DNA of 64,000 bases, taken from Acidimicrobiales bacterium. Its GTDB lineage: Bacteria; Actinomycetota; Acidimicrobiia; Acidimicrobiales; GCA-2861595. Positions 63,114-64,000 of this stretch are shown here, piece by piece. The notes below the pieces were generated by a model. It was not told the DNA's origin. It saw only the letters and a list, made by a program, of their open reading frames with translations, and did no database searches. The DNA lies in assembly GCA_035689115.1 (NCBI GenBank), contig DASSMA010000058.1, positions 2,573 through 66,572 on the forward strand, read 5' to 3'. Numbering within the stretch: the first letter of the stretch is position 1; every line of letters starts with the position of its first letter. Made by a program: the position numbers and the translations under genes.

Positions 63114-64000
63114 CTAGATGGTGTCGAGGAGGCGGTGGCCGAGGTCGGCCATGGCGTTGGTGACCGGGCCGGGCGGCAGGGCGCCGGCGGCCTCGGCCGC
63201 CTGGTCGGCGAAGCGGGTGGCGGCGGCGAGGGCGGCGTCGATGGCGTCGGTGGATTTCACGATCTCCCGTGCCTTGTCGCGCTCGGGGACGTCGAGGGGG
63301 CGGCCGAGCAGGGCCCGCAGCTCCTCGCCGGGCTGGGGCTGGGCCAGGGCGTAGATGACGGGCAGGGTGTAGGTGCCCTGCACGAGGTCCTGGCCGGCCG
63401 GCTTGCCCAGCGACTCCTCGGTGCCCACCACGTCGAGGATGTCGTCGCGGATCTGGAAGACCATGCCGAAGGCGTGCCCGTAGGCGGTGAGGGCGTCGAC
63501 GTAGGCCCGGTCGAGCCCGGCGGTGAGGGCGCCGATCCTGCACGAAGCCGACATCAGGGACGCGGTCTTGCCGGCGATCGAGGTCAGGTACGCCTCTTCG
63601 GTGCGGCCGGTGTCGAACGCCGTGCGCAGCTCGCTGACCTGGCCCTGGCACAGCTTGCCGATGGTGGCGGCCAGGAGGCCGGCCACCTCGGTGCCGAGGG
63701 AGGCGGCGATCTCCGACGCCCGGGCCAGCAGGAAGTCGCCGGCCAGGATGGCCACCAGGTTGCCCCAGCGGGCGTTGACCGTCTCCACGCCCCGCCGGCT
63801 GGTGCCCTCGTCCATCACGTCGTCGTGGTACAGCGACCCGAGATGGACGAGCTCCACAGAGACGCCGCCCTGGAGGACGTCGTCGGTGGCGTGGGTGCCG
63901 CCGGCGGCCGCCGCCGCCACGGCCAGCGCCGGGCGCAGCCGCTTGCCGCCGGCGGTGATCAGGTGGCCGGCGACCTGGGACAGGAAGGGGTCGTCCGTGG
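63114..64000 (-). CDS. polyprenyl diphosphate synthase (trans-isoprenyl diphosphate synthase family); 5' end lies outside the window
   Basis: First DDxxD motif: LYHDDVMDEG. Second motif: FQIRDDILD. The GGKRLRP motif is visible in the minus-strand translation near 63940. Confidence 0.9.
   Translation of the reverse strand, partial: TDDPFLSQVAGHLITAGGKRLRPALAVAAAAAGGTHATDDVLQGGVSVELVHLGSLYHDDVMDEGTSRRGVETVNARWGNLVAILAGDFLLARASEIAASLGTEVAGLLAATIGKLCQGQVSELRTAFDTGRTEEAYLTSIAGKTASLMSASCRIGALTAGLDRAYVDALTAYGHAFGMVFQIRDDILDVVGTEESLGKPAGQDLVQGTYTLPVIYALAQPQPGEELRALLGRPLDVPERDKAREIVKSTDAIDAALAAATRFADQAAEAAGALPPGPVTNAMADLGHRLLDTI

Noticed and set aside
1-64000. tRNA, rRNA, riboswitch, transposase and integrase genes.
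   Set aside because: I saw no cloverleaf-like or rRNA-like segment, no known riboswitch core in the short leaders, and no ORF with transposase or recombinase motifs. Absence cannot be proven without tRNAscan or Infernal.

Overview
This is a 64 kb, very GC-rich chromosomal segment, about 70% GC in hand-counted lines. It looks actinobacterial: it has mycothiol-type DinB and SigH/RsrA genes and Mycobacterium-like synteny. Coding density is high, and many neighbouring genes overlap by 4 nt (ATGA or GTGA). I found no rRNA, tRNA, CRISPR array, transposase or integrase.

Gene content from left to right:
- two divergent Thr-rich secreted proteins
- a BBE-type FAD oxidase, a lower-GC alpha/beta hydrolase and a hemerythrin
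- a c-di-GMP / two-component module (REC-GGDEF-EAL, PAS histidine kinase, REC)
- a 4-gene envelope-stress-like cluster (helical-repeat protein, Holin-X, DUF3618, YihY)
- a roughly 10 kb, 10-gene translationally coupled ADP-heptose / glycosyltransferase operon
- a minus-strand operon (VOC, DinB, lipoprotein, CvfC-like Nfu_N-HEAT protein, zinc-ribbon protein)
- an FtsX-type permease and a CooC-like ATPase
- ureABCFGD followed by urtABCDE
- YCII, an orphan DnaA domain IV protein and sigH-rsrA
- the conserved actinobacterial backbone tilS-hpt-ftsH-folE...folP-folB-folK-panC-panD-(nadB-nadC)-coaX-lysS
- a DUF559 gene and a partial polyprenyl synthase

The most unusual signals are three families of short interspersed elements that sit exactly at gene junctions or inside genes while keeping reading frames open:
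- Family A is a 53 nt palindrome. One copy is in frame inside a GT9 glycosyltransferase. The other lies between ureC and ureF and carries the ureF start codon.
- Family B is a 43-45 nt palindrome that brackets the DUF559 gene.
- Family C is a GC-rich element of about 100 nt with 3 full copies plus 1 partial copy. One copy forms a 61-codon ORF that bridges urtD and urtE with GTGA overlaps at both ends.

Other points of interest are a 5 kb insertion of uncharacterised genes inside the folE-folP operon, a Cys-to-Gln phosphatase-like gene between folP and folB, and the heptose operon in a presumed monoderm.
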